Part shown: positions 57,034 to 64,000 of the stretch, piece after piece
Layout: every line of letters begins with the position of its first letter
Position numbering within the stretch: the stretch's first letter is position 1
Origin: Clostridia bacterium
GTDB taxonomy: Bacteria; Bacillota; Clostridia; Christensenellales; Aristaeellaceae
DNA length: 64,000 bases
Assembly (NCBI GenBank): GCA_017937505.1
Contig: JAGBDL010000162.1
Coordinates: 29 to 64,028, forward strand
Direction of reading: 5' to 3'
Notes under the pieces: generated by a model
Database searches by the model: none
Seen by the model: the letters and a program-made list of their open reading frames with translations, nothing else
What the model was told of the DNA's origin: nothing
Made by a program: the position numbers and the translations under genes

Positions 57034-57476
57034 CTTTTGGTCCCAAAACCTAACGGTTAGTGAAGGGACTCATTTCCCCGACGCACCTTGATAACCGCAT
57101 ACAGACGCAACGGGTACAGCTTCCCGTGCGGCGGAGCGACGAATGGAGTGGCGCGAGGATGGCGCAGGCTGGAGCGATTCACGCATTCCATTGACCCTGC
57201 TTAGGCAGGCAGGGCGCGACGAGGCTACACGGGCACAATGAGACTTCCTCACGGCCCCTCAAAGACTGGAGGGGAACCCTGCGGTGCGCGCTTGTCCAGG
57301 GGGACGGCGGCACAGGCGGAGCTATGATGCGGATGAGCCGTCCGCAGCCCGAAGCGTCTTTTTCTGTCAACCATGTACTCTGGCACGACGCGGGGTTTCG
57401 GCGTTGTTCTCCGTCTGACGGAGGACAAGCAAGAAAACCGCGTCCCGACATAGAATCCGGCAAGGAGGTGGGGTGT

Positions 57477-57623
57477 GTGAAGCGTAGTCAAGCCCTTGTG
57501 GTTCGCTGCGAATACCCAAGCACCGAGAAGAGTCTTGCCTGTCTGCTTGAGGAATCCTTCCGGCTTTATCTGGCCCGTATCCTTGCAAGTCCGGACGGGC
57601 ATGCGGTATCCTGTGGGCGATGA
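57477..57623 (+). CDS. small protein immediately upstream of the recombinase (TnpW-like; candidate directionality factor)
   Basis: GTG 57477 lies 7 nt after aaggaggtgggg. 48 codons, ending 27 nt before the recombinase ATG. Confidence 0.45.
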   Translation: MKRSQALVVRCEYPSTEKSLACLLEESFRLYLARILASPDGHAVSCGR

Positions 57624-57650
57624 ATGGCCGCTTGTTTCAAGGAGGATATA

Positions 57651-59228
57651 ATGACTCTGGAAATAAGCAACCCCATGGATTATCACGTCGCCCTGTATAT
57701 TCGATTATCGAAGGAGGATGAAAACGAAGGCCCCTCGCAGAGCGTCACCAATCAGAAATCGCTGCTGAACGAATTTGTCAAGCAGCACCGTCTTAGGGTC
57801 TACGACACCTACATCGACGACGGCTGGAGCGGCACCAGCTTTGACAGGCCGGACTTTCAGCGTATGATCGCCGACATTGGGGCCCGGAAGGTCAACATGG
57901 TCATCACCAAGGACCTGTCCCGTCTGGGCCGCGACTACATCATGACCGGTCACTACATGGAGCGGTACTTCCCCGAAAAGCGGGTCCGCTACATCTCCCT
58001 GCTGGACGGCATCGACACCGGCGTGGAATCCTCCGCCAACGACATCACGCCGTTCCGGGCCATCATGAACGACATGTACGCCAAGGACATCTCCAAGAAG
58101 ATCAAGTCCGTCAAGCACGACAAGCAGCGGAAGGGACAGTTCATCGGCGGAAAGCCCATGTACGGCTACAAGATGCACCCGACGGAGAAGAACAAAATCG
58201 TCATCGACGAGGAGGTCGCCCCCGTCGTGCGGCGAATCTTCGCCATGGCGCTGGAGGGCGTCAGCTGCCGTCAAATCGCCGTGCGGCTCAATGAGGAGCA
58301 TATCCCCGCACCGTCCGTGTACAGCGGCCTGAACGTCGGCAGGAAGGGCCCCTATACCGGGCAGTGGTCCAGTGAGCGCATTTCGGAAATGCTGCAAAAC
58401 GAGACCTACATCGGCCACATGGTGCAGGGGCGCACGGTCAAGATCAGCTACAAGTCGAAGAAGTGTCTCAAGCAGGCGCGGGAAAACTGGGTTGTGGTGG
58501 AAAACACGCATGAGCCGCTGATCGATCTGGGCACCTTCCAGAAGGTGAGGCTGCTCATCAGCAGCCGCAAGCATACCCGCAGCCGGACGTATGACTTCCT
58601 GCTCAAGGGCTTGATCTTCTGCCACGAGTGCGGCTATCCCATGGCGGTCGTCAACCGGCCCACGGCGGACGGCTCCCAAAGGCTGTTCTTCGTCTGCCGG
58701 ACGTACCAGCGGTTCACGAAGGCGGGCGTCTGCACCTGCCATTCTATTAAAGAGGAAACAGTTACGCAAGCGGTGATCGGGAAGGTGCGCGAGGTTTGCG
58801 AGGCGTTCATGAATCCATTAAGCCTGCAGCCTATCGCCGCCGCCGCGGTGGAGCAGGCTCGACGGGCGGAGAGCCACGAGGCCGAGCTTCAGGCGCTGCG
58901 CAGCCGGATGGACGGCATGACCGCGAATCTGGATAAGGTCTACATGGACCGGCTGAGCGGCCTGCTGGCGGAAGCGGACTTTGAGCGCATCTACAAGCGC
59001 ATCCGCATGGAGCGCGAGGCGCTGGAGGAAAAGCTGCGTGCGCTGGAGGCGCAGAAGGAAAGCCCGGTCAGCACGGAGGAGCGGGCGCGGGAGCTGGTTG
59101 AGCACTTTCTCGCGTCCGTCTGCACCAGCCGGGAGCTGCTGGTCAGCCTCATTGAGCGCGTGGAGCTGACGGAGGACAAACAGATCATCATCCGGTTCCG
59201 CTTCCGGGAACTGGAAGCGATTTCCTGA
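57651..59228 (+). CDS. large serine recombinase (SpoIVCA/TnpX-like)
   Basis: VALYIRLSKEDENEGPSQSVTNQKSLL (catalytic Ser region), ITKDLSRLGRDY, the recombinase domain GKPMYGYK, the zinc ribbon FCHECGYPM...FVCRTY, and a C-terminal coiled coil. RBS aaggagga. Confidence 0.9.
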   Translation: MTLEISNPMDYHVALYIRLSKEDENEGPSQSVTNQKSLLNEFVKQHRLRVYDTYIDDGWSGTSFDRPDFQRMIADIGARKVNMVITKDLSRLGRDYIMTGHYMERYFPEKRVRYISLLDGIDTGVESSANDITPFRAIMNDMYAKDISKKIKSVKHDKQRKGQFIGGKPMYGYKMHPTEKNKIVIDEEVAPVVRRIFAMALEGVSCRQIAVRLNEEHIPAPSVYSGLNVGRKGPYTGQWSSERISEMLQNETYIGHMVQGRTVKISYKSKKCLKQARENWVVVENTHEPLIDLGTFQKVRLLISSRKHTRSRTYDFLLKGLIFCHECGYPMAVVNRPTADGSQRLFFVCRTYQRFTKAGVCTCHSIKEETVTQAVIGKVREVCEAFMNPLSLQPIAAAAVEQARRAESHEAELQALRSRMDGMTANLDKVYMDRLSGLLAEADFERIYKRIRMEREALEEKLRALEAQKESPVSTEERARELVEHFLASVCTSRELLVSLIERVELTEDKQIIIRFRFRELEAIS

Positions 59229-59239
59229 TGATAGGAAGC

Positions 59240-59320
59240 TGCGCAAAAAACCGTACAGCGGGCACTGAATGGCTTGATTTTACAAAGCTGTTCGGAAGTG
59301 GAAGCGGGCACCGCTCGCGG
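59240..59320 (+). repeat. about 80-nt repeat, copy A (inside the right end of the element)
   Basis: tgcgcaaa..cttgattttacaaagCTGTTCGGAAGTGGaAGCGGGCAC.. aligns with 60717-60796. The cores 59288-59311 and 60764-60787 differ at 1 base. Confidence 0.6.
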
Positions 59321-59346
59321 GTGATCGTTTACAATAGGCGCGGCGC

Positions 59347-59358
59347 TATGTATCGCGC
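59347..59358. repeat. attR core (TATGTATCGCGC)
   Basis: Identical to 21245-21256. Confidence 0.85.
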
Positions 59359-59415
59359 ATCGAGAAAAAGGCGATGCTGCGGCTCAAGGAGGCCTTTGAG
59401 AAGGGCACGGTCTGA
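59359..59415 (+). CDS. sigK: sigma-K, 3' segment (18 codons + stop)
   Basis: In frame with the core YVSR, it reads IEKKAMLRLKEAFEKGTV-stop. This is the conserved continuation (SYVSRIEK+A) of the sigma region-4.2 recognition helix. Confidence 0.85.
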   Translation: MEKKAMLRLKEAFEKGTV

Positions 59416-59475
59416 GCTTCTGCACGGAATTTCCGCATGTTTCGCACGGATTGCGCGGCAAACGGACGAAAATGC

Positions 59476-59504
59476 TTGATCTTTTGAGAAAGACGTGCTA
59501 CAAT
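59476..59504 (+). promoter_or_regulatory. candidate sigma-A promoter of efp
   Basis: TTGATC (59476-59481), a 17-nt spacer, then TACAAT (59499-59504). Confidence 0.45.
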
Positions 59505-59602
59505 CTAAAGCACGAGTGTAATTTGCCGGATCACCGCTTTAAGCATTCAGATGGTGCCTGGCATGCATGAATAACCAAGATTTGTTTATGGAGGGATTCC
59601 AC

Positions 59603-60160
59603 ATGATTACTGCAGGCGATTTCCGTAAGGGCGTGACCATCGAATGGGAAGGCGGCGTCTGGACCATCGTTGATTTCCAGCACGTGAAGCCGGGCAAGGG
59701 CGCCGCGTTTATGCGCACCAAGCTCAAGAACGTCATGACCGGCGCCGTCGTCGAGCGTTCCTTCAACCCGACCGACAAGCAGCCGCGCGCGACCATCGAG
59801 ACCAAGGAGATGCAGTACGTCTACACCGACGGCGAATTCTACTACTTCATGGATCCGGAGAGCTTTGAGCAGATCCCGCTGACCCAGGATCAGGTCGAGG
59901 ACGCGATCCAGTTCATGAAGGAAGAGACCATGGCGACCATCCGCTTCTTCAAGGGCAAGGCGTTCTCTGTGGAGGCCCCGAACTTTGTCGTGCTCGAGGT
60001 CACCGACACCGAGCCGGGCTTCAAGGGCGACACCACCAGCAACACCACCAAGCCGGCGACCCTGGAGACCGGCTACAAGATCGCTGTTCCGCTGTTCATC
60101 AACATCGGCGACAAGATCCGCGTGGATACCCGCGACGGCTCCTACATGGCCCGCGCGTAA
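59603..60160 (+). CDS. efp: translation elongation factor P
   Basis: [44 protein letters not shown] matches EF-P, including the modified-Lys loop PGKG. Confidence 0.95.
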   Translation: MITAGDFRKGVTIEWEGGVWTIVDFQHVKPGKGAAFMRTKLKNVMTGAVVERSFNPTDKQPRATIETKEMQYVYTDGEFYYFMDPESFEQIPLTQDQVEDAIQFMKEETMATIRFFKGKAFSVEAPNFVVLEVTDTEPGFKGDTTSNTTKPATLETGYKIAVPLFINIGDKIRVDTRDGSYMARA

Positions 60161-60190
60161 TCGGGAATCCATCAGAAAGGCGGCCTGACC

Positions 60191-60619
60191 ATGAGCAAGA
60201 TGGGCGAGAAAGTGGCATACCTGAAGGGCCTGGCGGAGGGCCTCGGCGTGACGGCCGAGACCGATAAGGGCAAACTGATGCTGGCCATGATCGACACGCT
60301 GGAGGCTTTCGCCGAGCAGAGCGAGGAGACCGAGGAGGCGCTTCACGAACTTCAGGAGGTCGTCGACGAGCTCGACAGCGACGTCGGCGATCTGGAGGAG
60401 GCGCTGCTCAGCGAGGCTGAGGACGACGAAGAAGACGACGAGGAAGAGGACGAGGACGACGATGAGGAGGAAGGCCTCATCGAGTACGAGTGCCCGCACT
60501 GCGGTACGGTGATCTTCTTTGACGAGGAAGCCTTTGACATGGAGCAGGAGCATCTGTGCCCGAACTGCAACCGCAAGGTTTTTGAAGAGGACGAAAATGA
60601 CGAGGACGACGACGAGTAA
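60191..60619 (+). CDS. acidic zinc-ribbon protein of unknown function
   Basis: CPHCGTVIFF...CPNCNRKVF flanked by poly-D/E tracts. Conserved neighbour of efp in Clostridia (from memory, not verified). Confidence 0.6.
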   Translation: MSKMGEKVAYLKGLAEGLGVTAETDKGKLMLAMIDTLEAFAEQSEETEEALHELQEVVDELDSDVGDLEEALLSEAEDDEEDDEEEDEDDDEEEGLIEYECPHCGTVIFFDEEAFDMEQEHLCPNCNRKVFEEDENDEDDDE

Positions 60620-60716
60620 TCGCCGGCGTGAAGCACAAGTCATGAGGGGGACTGATGTGGACGACGCGCAATCACGCGCATCTTCCGCACAGCCCTCTTT
60701 TTTAACAACAGGAAAT

Positions 60717-60796
60717 TGCGCAAACATCGTGCAACGAGCACCGAATAGCTTGACATTGCAAAACTGTTCGGAAGTGGGAGCGGGCACGACCCGCTT
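60717..60796 (+). repeat. about 80-nt repeat, copy B (upstream of VanW gene)
   Basis: See copy A. It ends 30 nt before ATG 60827. Confidence 0.6.
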
Positions 60797-60826
60797 TTAT
60801 AAACAGCAATCAAGGATGACGCAGCC

Positions 60827-62281
60827 ATGAAGAAGATTCTTTCTTTTCTGATGCTTGCGCTGGCGCTGACGATTGTCCTGCCGGCGCTGGCGGAGAATGT
60901 CCTGTACACCGGAATGGTCACCAGGGCGATGACTATACGAGAGAAGAAATCCACGTCGGCCAAAAAGCTGGGCAGCGTGGAGGAGGGCGAATTCATCAGC
61001 ATCATCGATTACGGCGAGAAGTGGACCAAAATCGAGAAGGACGGCAAGGCGGGCTATGTGCTCACCAAGAACGTGGTCGACCTGGCGCTGGCCGAGGGCT
61101 ACAACGACGCGGCGGATGCGCAGTACCTGGGCGTGGCGACGAAGGAGCTGACCATCCGCGAGAAGCAGAGCAAGTCTGCGCTGAAGCTGCAGACGCTTTC
61201 CGAGGGCGAGACGGTTTACATTCTGGAGCTGGGCAAGGAATGGCACAAGGTGGTCAAAAACGGTGTGAAGGGCTATGTGCTCGCCGATCCGATCACCGGC
61301 CTGGAGGGCGCGCACGAGGGCATTGAGGTGCCCGAGCAGTTCGTCACCGCGCCGGCGTTTGAGGCCGTGTACTCCGCGATGGCGGACGTGAACCTCTCCA
61401 TCCGCCGCGACAAGGACGAGAATTCCCGCCTGATGGGCACGGTGTACAAGAACGAGTACGTCGATGTGATGAGCACGGACGGCCAGTGGGCGCATGTGCG
61501 CAAGGACGACGCCGAGGGCTATGTCCGCGCGGATCACCTGCGCTACTACAAGCGCTATGATCCCTACGGCCCGCTGCTCCCGGGCGCGGTCTGGTATCCG
61601 TACGCAGCGCATGTGCTGCAGGATACGGTCATCCTCAATGACGAGACGGGCGAGGAGCTGCGCACCGTGACCAAGGGGTCGATCATGGCGGTGAGCGCGC
61701 TTAATGAAACCATGGCTGTGACGCTGCCGTACGACCGGATCACGGGACGCATCCAGGCGACGGGCAACCTGGAGTTTGAGCCGGTGGCGCTCTGGCCGGA
61801 GGCGGAGGACGGCGACCTGATCGCGGTGTTCTCGACCTACTATGATCCGGCGCAGTCGACGCAGGCGCAGATTGGCCGCCTGCACAACATCATGCAGGGC
61901 GTGCAGCGCCTGAACGACGTGATCGTGCCGGCCGGGGAAAAGTTCTTCTTTAACGATTACTGCGCGCCGTACACGGCATCCAACGGCTATATGGAGGGCC
62001 CGATCATCAACTACGTCTCCAGCGACAAGCTGGGCTACGGCGGCGGCATCTGCCAGGTGTCCACCACGCTGTACAACGCCATTTTGCAGATTCCCATCGA
62101 GGTCATCAAGCAGCAGGTGCACTCCTCCTACGGCATTGAGTACGCGCCGCTCGACTTTGACGCGGCGGTCGGCAACGGCAACATCGACCTGCGCCTGCGC
62201 AACACGCTGCCCTATGACGTGCGCTTTGTGCTGCAGGCGGTGGACGGCGTGCTGACCGTGCTCGTGTATAGGGCAAGCTGA
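60827..62281 (+). CDS. VanW-family protein with three SH3b-like repeats
   Basis: Signal peptide. Three repeats of the type ...W.K(V/I)...G..GYV. VanW core GYGGGICQVSTTLYNA. Confidence 0.85.
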   Translation: MKKILSFLMLALALTIVLPALAENVLYTGMVTRAMTIREKKSTSAKKLGSVEEGEFISIIDYGEKWTKIEKDGKAGYVLTKNVVDLALAEGYNDAADAQYLGVATKELTIREKQSKSALKLQTLSEGETVYILELGKEWHKVVKNGVKGYVLADPITGLEGAHEGIEVPEQFVTAPAFEAVYSAMADVNLSIRRDKDENSRLMGTVYKNEYVDVMSTDGQWAHVRKDDAEGYVRADHLRYYKRYDPYGPLLPGAVWYPYAAHVLQDTVILNDETGEELRTVTKGSIMAVSALNETMAVTLPYDRITGRIQATGNLEFEPVALWPEAEDGDLIAVFSTYYDPAQSTQAQIGRLHNIMQGVQRLNDVIVPAGEKFFFNDYCAPYTASNGYMEGPIINYVSSDKLGYGGGICQVSTTLYNAILQIPIEVIKQQVHSSYGIEYAPLDFDAAVGNGNIDLRLRNTLPYDVRFVLQAVDGVLTVLVYRAS

Positions 62282-63294
62282 TGCACGGGATGAAGCGGGC
62301 GGCTGCCGCGCTGCTGGCGGTGATTTTGGCGCTGGTCATGGCCACGGCGGCAGGATGGGCTGAGGAGGAGCAGGAAGAGGCGCTCTTCTACGGCACCATC
62401 GGCAAGAAAATGACCGTGTACCGCTGGGGCAACGAGAAATCGGCCGTGCTGGGCACGATCGAGGCGGGCCGCGTGGTGGACGTCTACGCGAAAGGCCGCA
62501 CCTGGACGCGCATCGACTTTGACGGCCGGCAGGGCTATGTGCAAACCAAGTTCGTCGAGATGGTGCAGCGCAAGGACCCGTTTGCCGGGCCGATGCCGGG
62601 CACGAGCCGGCACGTCGCGGTCGGCTATGTGCTCAAGGATATCTCCTTCAAGCCGGAAGGGTACCGGTATCCCATCGAGGTGAGCGCGGGCTCCTGGCTC
62701 TCCATCGAGAGAATCAGGGACGGCCGGGCGTATTTCCCGTACAGGCGCGAGCCGGACAACGTGAGCGTCAGAACCGAGAACCTGAGGATCTACGATTTTG
62801 TGCCGTGGGACGAGGCGCAGCCGGGCGATCTGCTCTATGCCTTCACGACGTTCTACACGACGAGCATGAACAAGGAGGGCAACGCCGGCAGGCTGTACAA
62901 CATCGCCCTGGCGTCGCAGCGCCTGACAGGCATCCGCGTGGAGCCGGGCGAGACGTTTTCCTTTAACGCCGTATGCGGCCCGTACACCAAGGAAAACGGC
63001 TATCGCTCCGCGCCGATTCTCTCGGGCGAAAGCGAGATGGGCTACGGCGGCGGCGTGTGCCAGGTATGCTCCACGTTTTACAACATCGTGCTGCGTGTGC
63101 CGATGGTCATCGAGGAGATGAACTGGCACTCGCAGGGCGGCGTGAGCTACCTGCCCTCGGGCTTCGACGCGACCGTGGGCACCAACAGCGATCTGATCGT
63201 GCGCAACGTGCTGCCGTATACGGTGCGCATCGAGTTTGAGAGCCTGGACGGCGTGATGACGGCGTTCCTGTTCCGCGATTATGAGGACGAATGA
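62281..63294 (+). CDS. VanW-family protein with one SH3b-like repeat
   Basis: Signal peptide, WTRIDFDGRQGYVQ, GYGGGVCQVCSTFYN. ATG overlaps the upstream TGA. Confidence 0.85.
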   Translation: MHGMKRAAAALLAVILALVMATAAGWAEEEQEEALFYGTIGKKMTVYRWGNEKSAVLGTIEAGRVVDVYAKGRTWTRIDFDGRQGYVQTKFVEMVQRKDPFAGPMPGTSRHVAVGYVLKDISFKPEGYRYPIEVSAGSWLSIERIRDGRAYFPYRREPDNVSVRTENLRIYDFVPWDEAQPGDLLYAFTTFYTTSMNKEGNAGRLYNIALASQRLTGIRVEPGETFSFNAVCGPYTKENGYRSAPILSGESEMGYGGGVCQVCSTFYNIVLRVPMVIEEMNWHSQGGVSYLPSGFDATVGTNSDLIVRNVLPYTVRIEFESLDGVMTAFLFRDYEDE

Positions 63295-63306
63295 GGAAGA
63301 AAAACG

Positions 63307-64000
63307 GATGAAGATTCTGATTTCCAACGACGACGGCATCCTTGCGCCGGGCATCGCCGCGCTGGTGAAGGCGTTTGCCGACAAGGGACATGAGGTGTTC
63401 GTCTGCGCGCCGGACAGCCAGCGCTCCGCAGCCAGCCACAGCCTGACCATCGGCAGGCGCATCACCGCAAAGGAGACGGCGCTTCATGGCGCGGCCAGGG
63501 CGTACGCCATCAGCGGCACGCCCGCGGACTGCGTGAAGCTGGGCCTGACGGTGCTGTGTCCCGAGGCGGAGGCGGTCGTCTCCGGCGTCAACCACGGCCT
63601 CAACGTCGGAACCGACGTGCTGTATTCCGGCACGGTGGCCGCGGCGATGGAGGGCGCGATCTGCGGCAGGCCCGCGCTGGCCGTCTCCCAGATGGTGGCG
63701 CGCAAGGACTACACGAGGGCGGCGGCGCTGGCCGTGCAGGTGTTTGAGACGATGCTGGCGCATCCGCTGGAGCCGCTGAGCGTGCTCAGCCTCAATTATC
63801 CCGAGTGCGACGAGATCCGGGGCCTCGTGACGGCGAAGCTGGAGCAGCTGCACTACACGGAGTCCTATGTGCCCGAGGCGCCGGGGAGCATGACCTACGT
63901 GCTCAGCGGCGAGGTGGACGCACAAAGACGGCAGAGCGACGACTACACCAAGCTGACCGAGGGCTATGCGACCGTGACGGTCATCCGGGCGGATATGACG
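63307..64000 (+). CDS. surE: 5'/3'-nucleotidase SurE (3' end outside window)
   Basis: MKILISNDDGILAPGI...SQRSAASHS...SGVNHGLNVGTDVLYSGTVAAAMEG. The frame is open to the window end. Confidence 0.9.

Larger units (their letters stand above)
21257..59358. mobile_element. sigK intervening (skin-like) element, 38,102 bp, serine-recombinase type, IME/Tn4451-like backbone
   Basis: It splits sigK, has 12-bp direct repeats at both junctions and a large serine recombinase 119 nt inside the right end. The ends form a dyad-symmetric attP. It also carries ParA/ParB, TnpV and a relaxase stub. Confidence 0.85.

Noticed and set aside
57040-57360. GC-rich non-coding stretch with several hairpins (57194-57214, 57254-57274, 57301-57345), considered as a group II intron remnant, a retron ncRNA or another structured RNA
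   Set aside because: There is no reverse transcriptase ORF nearby, no GUGYG 5' end or domain-V-like hairpin, and I cannot match it to a known RNA family by eye. It is left unannotated; a covariance-model scan would settle it.
21257-59358. Interpreting the sigK-intervening element as a prophage (as for B. subtilis skin)
   Set aside because: No terminase, portal, capsid, tail, holin or endolysin candidates were seen. The backbone genes are those of mobilisable transposons/IMEs.
60352-60636. Ser-rich 94-aa minus-strand ORF
   Set aside because: It is the antisense reading of the GAn/GAC-rich acidic tracts of the zinc-ribbon protein gene (60191-60619).

Overview
High-GC spore-forming Firmicute chromosome (Clostridia; Oscillospiraceae-like is only an inference from gene content). 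Bases 1-20.5 kb are housekeeping. They hold the pyrG 3' end, purF and purC, a five-gene split glutamate-synthase operon on the minus strand, a type III glutamine synthetase, an Amt-PII fusion, bcp, and an AraC-linked sugar ABC uptake cluster. The main observation is that the sporulation sigma-factor gene sigK starts at 20609 and is cut at 21256, inside its region-4.2 helix-turn-helix. Its last 18 codons resume in frame at 59359. The intervening 38,102 bp (21257-59358) is bounded by a perfect 12-bp direct repeat and has a large serine recombinase at its right end, so it is a skin-like sigK intervening element. Its backbone looks like a decayed integrative mobilisable element or Tn4451 relative rather than a prophage: ParA/ParB, TnpV with an in-frame stop, a 59-codon relaxase stub, a frameshifted XRE gene and an IS630 remnant. 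An AT-rich island of about 15 kb (about 26.2-41.2 kb) is nested at the relaxase stub. It contains the best candidate for an undescribed system, a tightly coupled four-gene operon: Dam-like methyltransferase, HIT hydrolase, 4-TM protein, and an 847-aa PPDK_N-like ATP-grasp + MazG-like pyrophosphohydrolase. The island also holds an IS21 IstA::tyrosine-recombinase chimera, an AbiL-like RloB+ATPase pair, and a PHP-ABC-ATPase fusion with a small overlapping ORF. The rest of the element carries a LytTR/AgrC-like two-component system facing three secreted paralogues plus an ABC exporter and an ECF sigma factor. It also carries a spare def gene, HEPN/MNT and other cargo. After the element come efp, a zinc-ribbon acidic protein, two VanW genes and surE. 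No rRNA, tRNA or CRISPR array was seen.
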